Below, in pieces: positions 38,981 through 47,184 of a stretch of 64,000 nucleotides of DNA. The DNA is taken from contig JBIOUG010000095.1 in assembly GCA_044866775.1 (NCBI GenBank), forward strand, positions 4,415-68,414, given 5' to 3'. The translations under genes and the position numbers were made by a program. Position 1 is the first letter of the stretch; the number at the start of each line of letters is the position of its first letter. The stretch is from Thermoanaerobaculia bacterium. Its GTDB lineage: Bacteria; Acidobacteriota; Thermoanaerobaculia; Multivoradales; UBA5704. Below the pieces are notes generated by a model. It was not told the DNA's origin. It did not search any database and saw nothing but the letters and a program-made list of their open reading frames with translations.

Positions 38981-40162
38981 CTAGTCTACCCGCTCGACGA
39001 TCATGGCGGTGGCCTCGCCGCCGCCGATGCAGATGGCGGCGCAGCCGGTGCGCGCGCCGCGCTCGCGCATGGCGTGGAGCAGGGTGACCAGGATCCGCGC
39101 CCCCGAGGCGCCGATCGGGTGCCCGAGCGCCACCGCGCCGCCGCGCACGTTGACCCGCGCATGATCGAGGCCGAGGTCGCGGAGGAAGGCGATGGCGACG
39201 ACGGCGAAGGCCTCGTTGACCTCCCAGAGGTCGATGTCGGCGGCCTTCATCCCGGCGCGGTCGAGCACCACCTTGACCGCGCCCGCCGGCGCGGTCGTGA
39301 ACCACTCCGGCTTCTGGGCGAGCGAGGCGTGCGCCACGATGCGCGCCAGCGGCTGCTTGCCCAGCGCCGCGGCGTGCGCCGCCGTCGTCAGCACCAGCGC
39401 CGCGGCGCCGTCGTTGAGCTTGCTCGCGTTGCCGGCGGTCACCGTGCCGTCCTTCTGGAACGAGGGGCGGAGCGAGCCCATGCGCGCGAGATCGACGCGG
39501 AACGGCTCCTCGTCGCGCTCGACGAGCGTCGTCTCCCCCTTGCGGCCGGGCACCGGGACCGGCGCGATCTCCTCGCCGGCGCGGCCGCTCTCGGTCGCCT
39601 CGCGCGCCCGCCGGTAGCTCTCGAGGGCGTAGGCGTCCTGCTCCTCGCGCGTCACCGCGTACTCGGCGACGCAGAGCTCGGCGCAGCTCCCCATGTGGAC
39701 GTCGCTGTAGGGGTCCCAGAGGCCGTCGTGGATGTTGGAGTCGATCAGCCTGCCGTGCCCCAGGCGCAGGCCCTCGCGCACGCCGGGGGCGAGGAACGGG
39801 GCCTGGCTCATGCTCTCCATGCCGCCGGCGGCGACCAGGGTGAAGTCGCCGCAGCGCAGGTCGTTGGCCGCCATCATCACCGCGCGCATCGCCGAGCCGC
39901 AGACCTTGTTGAGGGTCACCGCGCCGGTCGCCACCGGCATCCCGGCGCCGAGCGCCGCCTGCCGCGCCGGCGCCTGCCCCAGTCCGGCGGTCAGGACGCA
40001 CCCCATGTTGACCTGCTGCACGTCTTCCGGCGCGACGCCCGCCCGCGCGATGGCGGCGGCCAGGGCGCGGCTCCCGAGCGCCGGCGCCGTCACGCCGGCG
40101 AGGGTCCCCTGGAAGGCGCCGATCGGCGTACGCACGGCGCTCAGGATGACGACGTCGTCCAT
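38981..40162 (-). CDS. acetyl-CoA C-acetyltransferase (thiolase II)
   Basis: [19 protein letters not shown], active-site [31 protein letters not shown] and [13 protein letters not shown]. The start is placed at the second Met of the track ORF. Confidence 0.9.
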   Translation of the reverse strand: MDDVVILSAVRTPIGAFQGTLAGVTAPALGSRALAAAIARAGVAPEDVQQVNMGCVLTAGLGQAPARQAALGAGMPVATGAVTLNKVCGSAMRAVMMAANDLRCGDFTLVAAGGMESMSQAPFLAPGVREGLRLGHGRLIDSNIHDGLWDPYSDVHMGSCAELCVAEYAVTREEQDAYALESYRRAREATESGRAGEEIAPVPVPGRKGETTLVERDEEPFRVDLARMGSLRPSFQKDGTVTAGNASKLNDGAAALVLTTAAHAAALGKQPLARIVAHASLAQKPEWFTTAPAGAVKVVLDRAGMKAADIDLWEVNEAFAVVAIAFLRDLGLDHARVNVRGGAVALGHPIGASGARILVTLLHAMRERGARTGCAAICIGGGEATAMIVERVD

Positions 40163-40394
40163 GGACAGGGCTCCTGTGGTCGGCTTAGAGGCGCGAACGC
40201 TTTCGCGCCGGGCTCCGATCAATCCTGGGAGCGCCTTCCGTCGCGCGACCAGCGCGACGGGCTCCTAGGCGGTACGGCCACCGGGGGGCGGAGGCCAGGC
40301 CGGACCAGCCCGGCGATCGTAGCACAGCGCTTCGGCGACGCCGGTCCCGCGCAGGCGCGGCATAGAATCACTGGACGCGCCCGCGCCTGCGACC

Positions 40395-40814
40395 ATGCGC
40401 ACCCTCGGCATCGACTTCGGCACCAAGCGGATCGGCATCGCGATCTCGGACCCTGCCGGGAGCGTGGCCGTCCCGCTGACGACGCTGCCGCGCACCAGCG
40501 ACGCCGCGGCGGCCACCGAGATCGTCGAGATCGCCCGCCGCGAGGGCGTCGAGCGCCTCGTCGTGGGCGAGCCGGTCAACCTCGACGGCAGCCGCGGCGC
40601 CGCCGCAGTACGGGCGCGGCGCTTCGCCGAGCGCCTGGGCGAGGCGAGCGGCCTCCCCTGCGAGCTGGTCGGCGAGGCGCTGACCAGCGTCGAGGCCGAG
40701 GCGCGGCTGCGGGCGGCCGGGGTCGACCCGCGGCGGCAGCCGGAGCGGGTCGACGCCGTGGCGGCGCAGATCCTCCTCCAGGAGGCGCTCGACCGGGCGC
40801 CGCGCGGCGCATGA
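40395..40814 (+). CDS. ruvX: Holliday junction resolvase-like RuvX (YqgF)
   Basis: MRTLGIDFGTKRIGIAISD...LVVGEPVNLDGS.... Confidence 0.9.
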   Translation: MRTLGIDFGTKRIGIAISDPAGSVAVPLTTLPRTSDAAAATEIVEIARREGVERLVVGEPVNLDGSRGAAAVRARRFAERLGEASGLPCELVGEALTSVEAEARLRAAGVDPRRQPERVDAVAAQILLQEALDRAPRGA

Positions 40815-41977
40815 GCCCGGCGCGGCGCGGTGGCGGCGGCTCACGGCCGCGGCGGGCGAGCCGGCGCGAGGCTGCGCCGAAGCCCAAGGCGAAGCCGCAA
40901 CGTACAAGGAAGGGCATGCGACCGCGGTTCGCGCTCGGACTGGGGCTCCTGGTGCTGCTCCTCGCCGTTCCCGCCGGCATGGCGGCGTGGTCCTGGTGGC
41001 GGCTCAACCAGCCCTACAAGGGATTCGCCGGTGCCGAGCGGACGGTCACCGTCGAGCCCGGCATGGGGGCGGCCCAGATCCTCGACCTCCTGGCGCGCCA
41101 GGGCGTGATCGCCGACCCGCGGCTCGCCCGCACCTACCTCGTCTACGTGCTGCGCGACCCGCCGATGCAGGCCGGCGAGTACCTCTTCACCGGCCCGGCC
41201 TCGACGCCCGAGGTGCTGGGCAAGCTGGTCCGCGGCGAGGTGGTCTCGGTGCGCGTCACCCTGGTCGAAGGGCTGACCCTCGAGGAGAGCGCCCGCTCGC
41301 TCGCCGACCAGGGGCTCGCGACCTACGACGCGCTCGAGTCGGCCATGCGCGACCCGGCGCCCATCTCCGATCTCGATCCGGGGGCGCAGGACCTCGAGGG
41401 CTACCTCTTCCCGGAGACCTACAGCTTCGCCAAGCGCAGCCCGCCGGAGAAGGTCGTGCGGACGCTCGTCGACACCTTCCGCGCCCGCTGGCAGGAGCAG
41501 GTGGCCCCCCGCCGCGGCAAGGCCGACGCCCGCACGCTGCGCGAGCTGGTCACCCTGGCCTCGATCGTCGAGAAGGAGGCCAAGGTGCCGAGCGAGCGGC
41601 CGACGATCGCCGCCGTCTACCGCAACCGCCTGGAGCGCGGCATCGGCCTCTTCGCCGACCCGACCGTGATCTACGTCTTGAAGCGCGAGGGCCGCTGGGA
41701 CGGCAACCTCCGCCGCCGCGACCTCGAGCTGGACTCCCCCTACAACACCTACCGCTACGCTGGCCTGCCGCCGGGCCCGATCTGCTCGCCAGGGTTAGCG
41801 AGCCTGGAGGCGGCGGCCCGGCCGGCGGACGTCGATTACCTGTACTTCGTAGGACGCAACGACGGCACGCACGTCTTCGCCGAGACGATGGCGGAGCACA
41901 ACGCGAACGTGGAGCGGTGGCAGCGGAGATTTTGGAGGGAACGGCGGGCGGCGGAACGGCGGGGGACGCCGAGGTAA
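40811..41977 (+). CDS. mltG: endolytic murein transglycosylase MltG (YceG family)
   Basis: The ATG at 40811 overlaps the ruvX stop (ATGA). Has an N-terminal TM helix, LVTLASIVEKEA and YNTYRYAGLPPGPICSPG. It is the C-terminal part of track ORF 38708..41977. Confidence 0.9.
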   Translation: MSPARRGGGGSRPRRASRREAAPKPKAKPQRTRKGMRPRFALGLGLLVLLLAVPAGMAAWSWWRLNQPYKGFAGAERTVTVEPGMGAAQILDLLARQGVIADPRLARTYLVYVLRDPPMQAGEYLFTGPASTPEVLGKLVRGEVVSVRVTLVEGLTLEESARSLADQGLATYDALESAMRDPAPISDLDPGAQDLEGYLFPETYSFAKRSPPEKVVRTLVDTFRARWQEQVAPRRGKADARTLRELVTLASIVEKEAKVPSERPTIAAVYRNRLERGIGLFADPTVIYVLKREGRWDGNLRRRDLELDSPYNTYRYAGLPPGPICSPGLASLEAAARPADVDYLYFVGRNDGTHVFAETMAEHNANVERWQRRFWRERRAAERRGTPR

Positions 41978-42101
41978 TCCGAGGCTACCGAAGAGTTCCG
42001 GAAAGCCGTCCATACAGCGTCCTCCCGCCGGCGATCGCTCATGCGACGGTACGTGAAAGTCGAAGGCGGCGGGTCCCAGCTGATTCCTCACGGTTCCAGC
42101 G

Positions 42102-42473
42102 CTACGAGATCGAGAATTCATAGGCTTCGCGCAGGTACGGCTTCATGGCTTCGAGCTCCTCCATATCTCGAAGCTTGACCACGTGCGAGACGTGCTTTCG
42201 ATCGGCGGCAACTTTCATGAACAGCTTGTTCTCCGCCTTCCGCCCCAGGTGGATCACGAGCCGCAAAGCATCAGACATGACCGTCAAGTCCGCGAAGATG
42301 CGGTTGCTCCGAAGCAACACGTATCGCTCGCGTGTCACGAACTCCACGGGACCGAGCGAATTCGCGAACGACTCCAACGCGGCATAGAGCTCGATGAGCT
42401 CTGGCGATCTGTTCCGCAACACCTCGGTTCGGTTGCCGGTACCGCAAGCGTGGCGGGCTCCGACTCTCTCCAT
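42102..42473 (-). CDS. DUF5655-like protein (possibly N-terminally damaged)
   Basis: PELIELYAALESFANSLGPVEFVTRERYVLLRSNRIFADLTVMSDALRLVIHLG...HVVKLRDMEELEAMKPYLREAY resembles DUF5655. The first about 20 codons overlap the upstream small ORF out of frame. Confidence 0.5.
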   Translation of the reverse strand: MERVGARHACGTGNRTEVLRNRSPELIELYAALESFANSLGPVEFVTRERYVLLRSNRIFADLTVMSDALRLVIHLGRKAENKLFMKVAADRKHVSHVVKLRDMEELEAMKPYLREAYEFSIS

Positions 42474-42583
42474 TCTTTGAGGCGGTAGAGATCATCCGCA
42501 GTGATCTTTCTTTCGCGAAGGCGCTCGAAGAGGTGGTCGCGGAGGGCGGGAGGCAGGTTGGCCCACTGGATCTTCGGCATCAT
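42335..42583 (-). CDS. small hypothetical protein, probably truncated or fused remnant
   Basis: The N-terminus MPKIQWANLPPALRDHLFERLRERKITADDLYRLKEWRESEP looks like a real conserved small protein. The remainder is low-complexity and overlaps the DUF5655 ORF. The ATG overlaps the upstream RHH stop. Confidence 0.35.
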   Translation of the reverse strand: MMPKIQWANLPPALRDHLFERLRERKITADDLYRLKEWRESEPATLAVPATEPRCCGTDRQSSSSSMPRWSRSRIRSVPWSS

Positions 42584-42855
42584 TCACCGAACGTCATCCG
42601 GGCCAGTTCCTCCTTTAGGCTGCTCTGCTCCTCAGGATCCGTGGAACGCGCGAGACGGTCGGCGAGATCGAAGAAGCGCCTACGCTCCTTCTCCCGTGCC
42701 TCAAGTCCGGACTCGATCAGTTCGATGAGGATGCGATTGGCGCTCGTGCGGCTCGATTTGGCAAGCGACTTGACGCGGCGTGCGACTCGCGGCGGGAGGC
42801 TGACACTCTGGCGGACGGGTCTCTCGGCTGGCGGCATGACGAGAGAGTACACCAA
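42580..42855 (-). CDS. ribbon-helix-helix (CopG-like) protein, antitoxin-like
   Basis: RQSVSLPPRVARRVKSLAKSSRTSANRILIELIESGLE fits a beta-strand plus two helices RHH pattern. Length is 91 aa. Confidence 0.55.
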   Translation of the reverse strand: MVYSLVMPPAERPVRQSVSLPPRVARRVKSLAKSSRTSANRILIELIESGLEAREKERRRFFDLADRLARSTDPEEQSSLKEELARMTFGE

Positions 42856-42914
42856 ACTGCACCAGAGAGCACCAAGATACCCAGGACACCGGCCTGAAGG
42901 GATGGAATCGGCTC

Positions 42915-43151
42915 GTGCCCGAGCGCTCGCTGCCGCCGCTTCCCGGAGTCGACCCGGACTCGGCGCCGTTGCCCGACGACCCCGCCTATCAGCAGTGGCG
43001 GGAGGAGACGATCTTCTCGCCCGAAGGCGTCGACCGCGCCCTCATCTGGGAGCACCTCCACCGATCACCGGACGAGCGCCTGGCCATCCTCGAGCGCGCA
43101 GTCAACGACATCCTGGAGCTGCGCGGTGGACGGTGGCCGGAGGACAGCTGA
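42915..43151 (+). CDS. hypothetical protein
   Basis: 78-aa ORF with a GTG start and moderately high third-position GC. No motif recognised. Confidence 0.25.
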   Translation: MPERSLPPLPGVDPDSAPLPDDPAYQQWREETIFSPEGVDRALIWEHLHRSPDERLAILERAVNDILELRGGRWPEDS

Positions 43152-43548
43152 TCCACTCCAGCGCCGTCGGGGAATGTACCGTCTGTCACGGTACCTCGGC
43201 ATCTATGGCTAAGTGCCGAGAGGTCGTGGCTGAGCGCACACCGCATCGGGCGCGAGGAGCCCGCGACGGGCTCCGCTGCCTCGCGTGTTGCGTATTTCAA
43301 TCATTGACGCTCGGCGAACCGAGCCGATAGTCTGACGGCAGGTAGTCAAAGCGACCAACGGGAGATCGTGATCGACGACGCGTGAAGCCGGCTCGGCGGG
43401 TCCGAGCCGAGACCTCTAAAGCGGGCACGGCAGAGGGCGCAACCTCTGCCGGCCCTGGCCCACACACGAGGAGGGACCTCATGTGCAGACGTAGTCGGAA
43501 GTGTAACCCCCTGCCGGATCCACCGGCGCCCAAGACGACAAGGACACG

Positions 43549-43920
43549 TTGGAGCAGGACCCCGCCGTGGCGCGCGCCCAGGCGCTCGCGGAGAGCGGGA
43601 GGGCCGTGGCGCGCGGGCGCCGCCACGCCGCCGGTGGCGAGTCGAGCGAGTCCGAAGAGCAACAGTCCGCGGCAGCCCTGCGCCGGATCGTCGGCGACTT
43701 TCTCGAGCGGGAGGCGCGGCGGCGGCGGCGGGACGCGCGGGCGCGGGCGGCGCGTGCCAATGGCCGCCGGTTCGCGACGATCTGCGGCCGTTTCCAGGGC
43801 CACGGCAGGGTGCCGGACCTGCGGCTGTCAGGAAAGTGGCTCGCGGACGCGGGCTTCGATCTCGGGCAGCAGTACGAGGTGGAGGTCGAGGCGGGGAGGC
43901 TGACGATTCGGGCGGTCTGA
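43549..43920 (+). CDS. SymE-family (AbrB-fold) toxin-like protein
   Basis: The C-terminal PDLRLSGKWLADAGFDLGQQYEVEVEAGRLTIRAV matches the SymE/SpoVT-AbrB-like signature. The N-terminal Arg-rich extension and the TTG start are uncertain. Confidence 0.55.
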   Translation: MEQDPAVARAQALAESGRAVARGRRHAAGGESSESEEQQSAAALRRIVGDFLEREARRRRRDARARAARANGRRFATICGRFQGHGRVPDLRLSGKWLADAGFDLGQQYEVEVEAGRLTIRAV

Positions 43921-44000
43921 GCCGCAGCCGGCTCACGCTGCCGCCACCATCGACTGAAGCGCTCGGCGAGCCGATATAGCGACGCGGCCGTGGCCGCGAA

Positions 44001-44030
44001 ACCTTCCGGGCGGGTACCCGCCCGGAAGGT
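44001..44030. terminator. perfect 30-bp palindrome between the SymE-like gene and the res gene
   Basis: accttccgggcgggt/acccgcccggaaggt has 15-bp perfect arms. No T-tract follows. Confidence 0.35.
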
Positions 44031-44121
44031 TGAAGCCATTCCCACTTCCGAGTACGCTCGATGGGACTCTGCCCGAAGAAAGACATGACTTTCCTGCGGA
44101 GTTGAGGGCACTAGGCTCAGC

Positions 44122-47100
44122 ATGACCGATCTGTTCTTCCAGCGACCGATCCTCAACTCGCCGTACGAGTACCCGAGCCGGCACTGGGAGCTCGATTCGA
44201 CGGGCCAGCCCACGGGAAAGATCCTCGAGAAGCGCCGTGAAGCAGCGTACATCACGCCGATCCCGAAGCCGAAGAAGCGCAGGACGGGCCAGAGGGAGTT
44301 CGTCTTCGACGAGGGTAAGGGGCTCTCGACGGAGGAGCAGCAGTACGATCCGACGCCGGTCATCAACGCCTTGCGCGCCAAGGTGGACGCCTGGCGGGCG
44401 CTGCCCAATCCGAACGACTGGCTGGTGACGCCGGAGACGGCGCGCCTCCTCCAGCACTGGCGCCACCACGAGTTCAGCGGAGAGCGGCCGTTCTTCTGCC
44501 AGGTCGAGGCGGTCGAGACGCTCATCTGGCTGACCGAGGTCGCACCGAAGCTCGGCAAGGAGGGACAGCGGTTCATCGACCACTTGGACCGGGCCAACGA
44601 ACAGTCGAACCCCGGCCTGCGGCGCCTCGCGCTCAAGCTCGCCACGGGCTCCGGCAAGACGATCGTGATGGCGATGGTAGTCGCCTGGCAAACGATCAAC
44701 GCCGTGCGGCGGCCGAATAGCAGATCGTACACACGGGGGTTCCTGGTCGTGACTCCCGGTCTGACGGTCAAGGACCGGCTGCGCGTCCTCCAGCCCCACG
44801 ATCCGGACTCCTACTACCAAAGCCGCGAGCTCGTGCCGAACGACATGCTCCGCGACCTCGAACGCGCGAAGATCGTCATAACGAACTTCCAGGCGCTCAG
44901 GCTCCGCGAAACCCTCGAGGTCTCAAAAGGCGGGCGCGCCCTGCTCCAGGGACGACATGGCGAGCCGATCGACACCAAGGAGACGGAAGGCCAGATGCTC
45001 CAGCGCGTCCTGCCCGAGCTGATGGGGTTGCGCAACATCCTGGCGATCAATGACGAGGCCCACCACTGCTACCGCGAAAAGCCGACGGAGGCCGACGAGG
45101 AGGAGGCCGAGCTCAAGGGGGAGGAGCGCGATGAGGCCAAAAAGAACCGCGAAGCAGCGCGACTCTGGATCTCCGGGCTCGAAGCGCTCCAGCGCAAGCT
45201 AGGCTTGATGCGCATCATCGACCTCTCGGCGACCCCCTTCTTTCTCCGCGGCTCCGGCTATCGGGAAGGGGTGCTCTTCCACTGGACGATGAGCGACTTC
45301 TCGCTCATGGATGCCATCGAGTGCGGCATCGTCAAGCTCCCCCGCGTGCCGGTCGCCGACAACATCCCCGGCGGCGAGATGCCGAGGTTCCGCAATCTCT
45401 GGGAGCACATTCGCAACCGGATGCCGAAGAAGGGGCGCGGGAAGGCTGGCACGAGCTACGACCCGCTCAAGCTCCCTGTCGAGCTCCAGACCGCGCTCGA
45501 AGCGCTCTATGGCCACTACGACAAGACCTTCGAGCTATGGCGCAAGGCAGGTGTCGAGGTCCCCCCCTGCTTCATCGTCGTCTGCAACAACACCTCGGCA
45601 TCGAAGCTGGTCTACGACTACATTTCCGGCTTCTTCCGCGAGGCAGAAGAGGGCACAAGCACGTTCGAGAACGGTCGTCTACCCCTCTTCCGCAACTTCG
45701 ACGAGCACGGCAACCCGCTCCCCCGGCCTCGGACGCTGCTCATCGACTCCGAGCAGCTCGAGTCCGGGGAGTCGCTAAGCGACGACTTCCGAGCGGCGGC
45801 GGCCGACGAGCTCGAGCGCTTCCGGCGCGAGATCGTCGAACGGACAGGGGATCGCACCAGGGCTGAGAACCTCTCGGATCAGGAAATCCTTCGGGAAGTC
45901 ATGAACACCGTCGGCAAGAAAGGGCGCCTCGGCGAGGGGACACGGTGCGTGGTCTCGGTTTCGATGCTGACCGAGGGATGGGACGCGAACACCGTCACGC
46001 ACGTACTCGGCGTCCGGGCCTTCGGCACCCAGCTCCTCTGCGAGCAGGTCATCGGTCGCGCGCTGCGGCGGCAATCCTATGACCTGAATGAAGAAAAGCG
46101 CTTCAACGTCGAGTACGCCGACGTACTCGGGATTCCCTTCGATTTCACGGCGAAGCCGGTCATCGCGCCGCCGCAGCCACCGCGCGAGACGATCCTGGTC
46201 AGGGCGATCACCCCGGAGCGAGACGCCTGCGAGATCTGCTTCCCTCGCGTGGAGGGATACCGCGTAGAGCTCCCGGAGGAGCGGCTGGCGGCGACCTTCA
46301 CCGAAGATTCAACCCTCCTGCTCACTCCGGCCCTGGTCGGGCCATCGGTGACCCGCAACGAAGGGATCCTCGGCGAGGGGGTCGACCTGACGCTCGTCCA
46401 CACCGGGGAGCTCCGCCAGTCGACGCTCCTCTTCCACTTGACGCAGCGTCTCCTCTACACCAAGTGGCGTGACCCAGGCGGTGAGCCCAAGCTCTACCTC
46501 TTCGGCCAGTTGAAGCGCATCACCCGCGAGTGGCTGGAGAGCCATCTCGCCTGCAAGGGCGGCACCTATCCGGCGCAGCTCATGTACCTGAGCCTCGCCG
46601 ACCTGGCTTGCGAGCGGATCACAGCGGCGATAACCCGCCACTACTCGGCGGAACGCCCGATCCGGGCGATCCTCGACCCCTACAACCCGACGGGATCCAC
46701 CCGCTTCGTCCACTTCACGACCTCGAAGAAGCTCCGCTGGCAGACGGCCCCGAATCTCTGCCATGTCAACTGGGTGATCCTGGACAGCAACTGGGAGGCC
46801 GAGCTCTGCCGGGCCGTCGAGAGCCACTCGCACGTGCTTGCCTATGTGAAGAACCACAACCTCGGTTTCGAGGTCCCCTACAGGATGGGCTCGGAGTCGC
46901 GCCGCTACCGCCCGGACTTTATCGTCCTGGTCGACGACGGGCACGGCTTGGAGGACCCGCTTCACCTAGTGGTCGAGATCAAGGGCTACCGGGGGGAGGA
47001 CGCAAAGGAGAAGAAGTCGACCATGGAGACGTACTGGGTGCCTGGGGTGAACAACCTGGCCGCTTACGGGCGCTGGGACTTTGTCGAGCTGAAGGACATC

Positions 47101-47184
47101 TGGGAGATCGAATCGGATTTCCGGGCGACAATCGACACTGCCATCGCCGAGATGATGAAAGAGAAAACCGGAGCGGCGGTCTGA
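44122..47184 (+). CDS. type III-like restriction enzyme Res subunit (SF2 DEAH helicase + C-terminal PD-(D/E)xK nuclease)
   Basis: The N-terminus is FFQRPILNSPYEYPSRHWELD. Helicase motif I is LATGSGKT, motif II is INDEAHHCY and motif VI is QVIGRALRR. The nuclease motif is YRPDFIVLV...LVVEIKGY. Confidence 0.9.
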   Translation: MTDLFFQRPILNSPYEYPSRHWELDSTGQPTGKILEKRREAAYITPIPKPKKRRTGQREFVFDEGKGLSTEEQQYDPTPVINALRAKVDAWRALPNPNDWLVTPETARLLQHWRHHEFSGERPFFCQVEAVETLIWLTEVAPKLGKEGQRFIDHLDRANEQSNPGLRRLALKLATGSGKTIVMAMVVAWQTINAVRRPNSRSYTRGFLVVTPGLTVKDRLRVLQPHDPDSYYQSRELVPNDMLRDLERAKIVITNFQALRLRETLEVSKGGRALLQGRHGEPIDTKETEGQMLQRVLPELMGLRNILAINDEAHHCYREKPTEADEEEAELKGEERDEAKKNREAARLWISGLEALQRKLGLMRIIDLSATPFFLRGSGYREGVLFHWTMSDFSLMDAIECGIVKLPRVPVADNIPGGEMPRFRNLWEHIRNRMPKKGRGKAGTSYDPLKLPVELQTALEALYGHYDKTFELWRKAGVEVPPCFIVVCNNTSASKLVYDYISGFFREAEEGTSTFENGRLPLFRNFDEHGNPLPRPRTLLIDSEQLESGESLSDDFRAAAADELERFRREIVERTGDRTRAENLSDQEILREVMNTVGKKGRLGEGTRCVVSVSMLTEGWDANTVTHVLGVRAFGTQLLCEQVIGRALRRQSYDLNEEKRFNVEYADVLGIPFDFTAKPVIAPPQPPRETILVRAITPERDACEICFPRVEGYRVELPEERLAATFTEDSTLLLTPALVGPSVTRNEGILGEGVDLTLVHTGELRQSTLLFHLTQRLLYTKWRDPGGEPKLYLFGQLKRITREWLESHLACKGGTYPAQLMYLSLADLACERITAAITRHYSAERPIRAILDPYNPTGSTRFVHFTTSKKLRWQTAPNLCHVNWVILDSNWEAELCRAVESHSHVLAYVKNHNLGFEVPYRMGSESRRYRPDFIVLVDDGHGLEDPLHLVVEIKGYRGEDAKEKKSTMETYWVPGVNNLAAYGRWDFVELKDIWEIESDFRATIDTAIAEMMKEKTGAAV

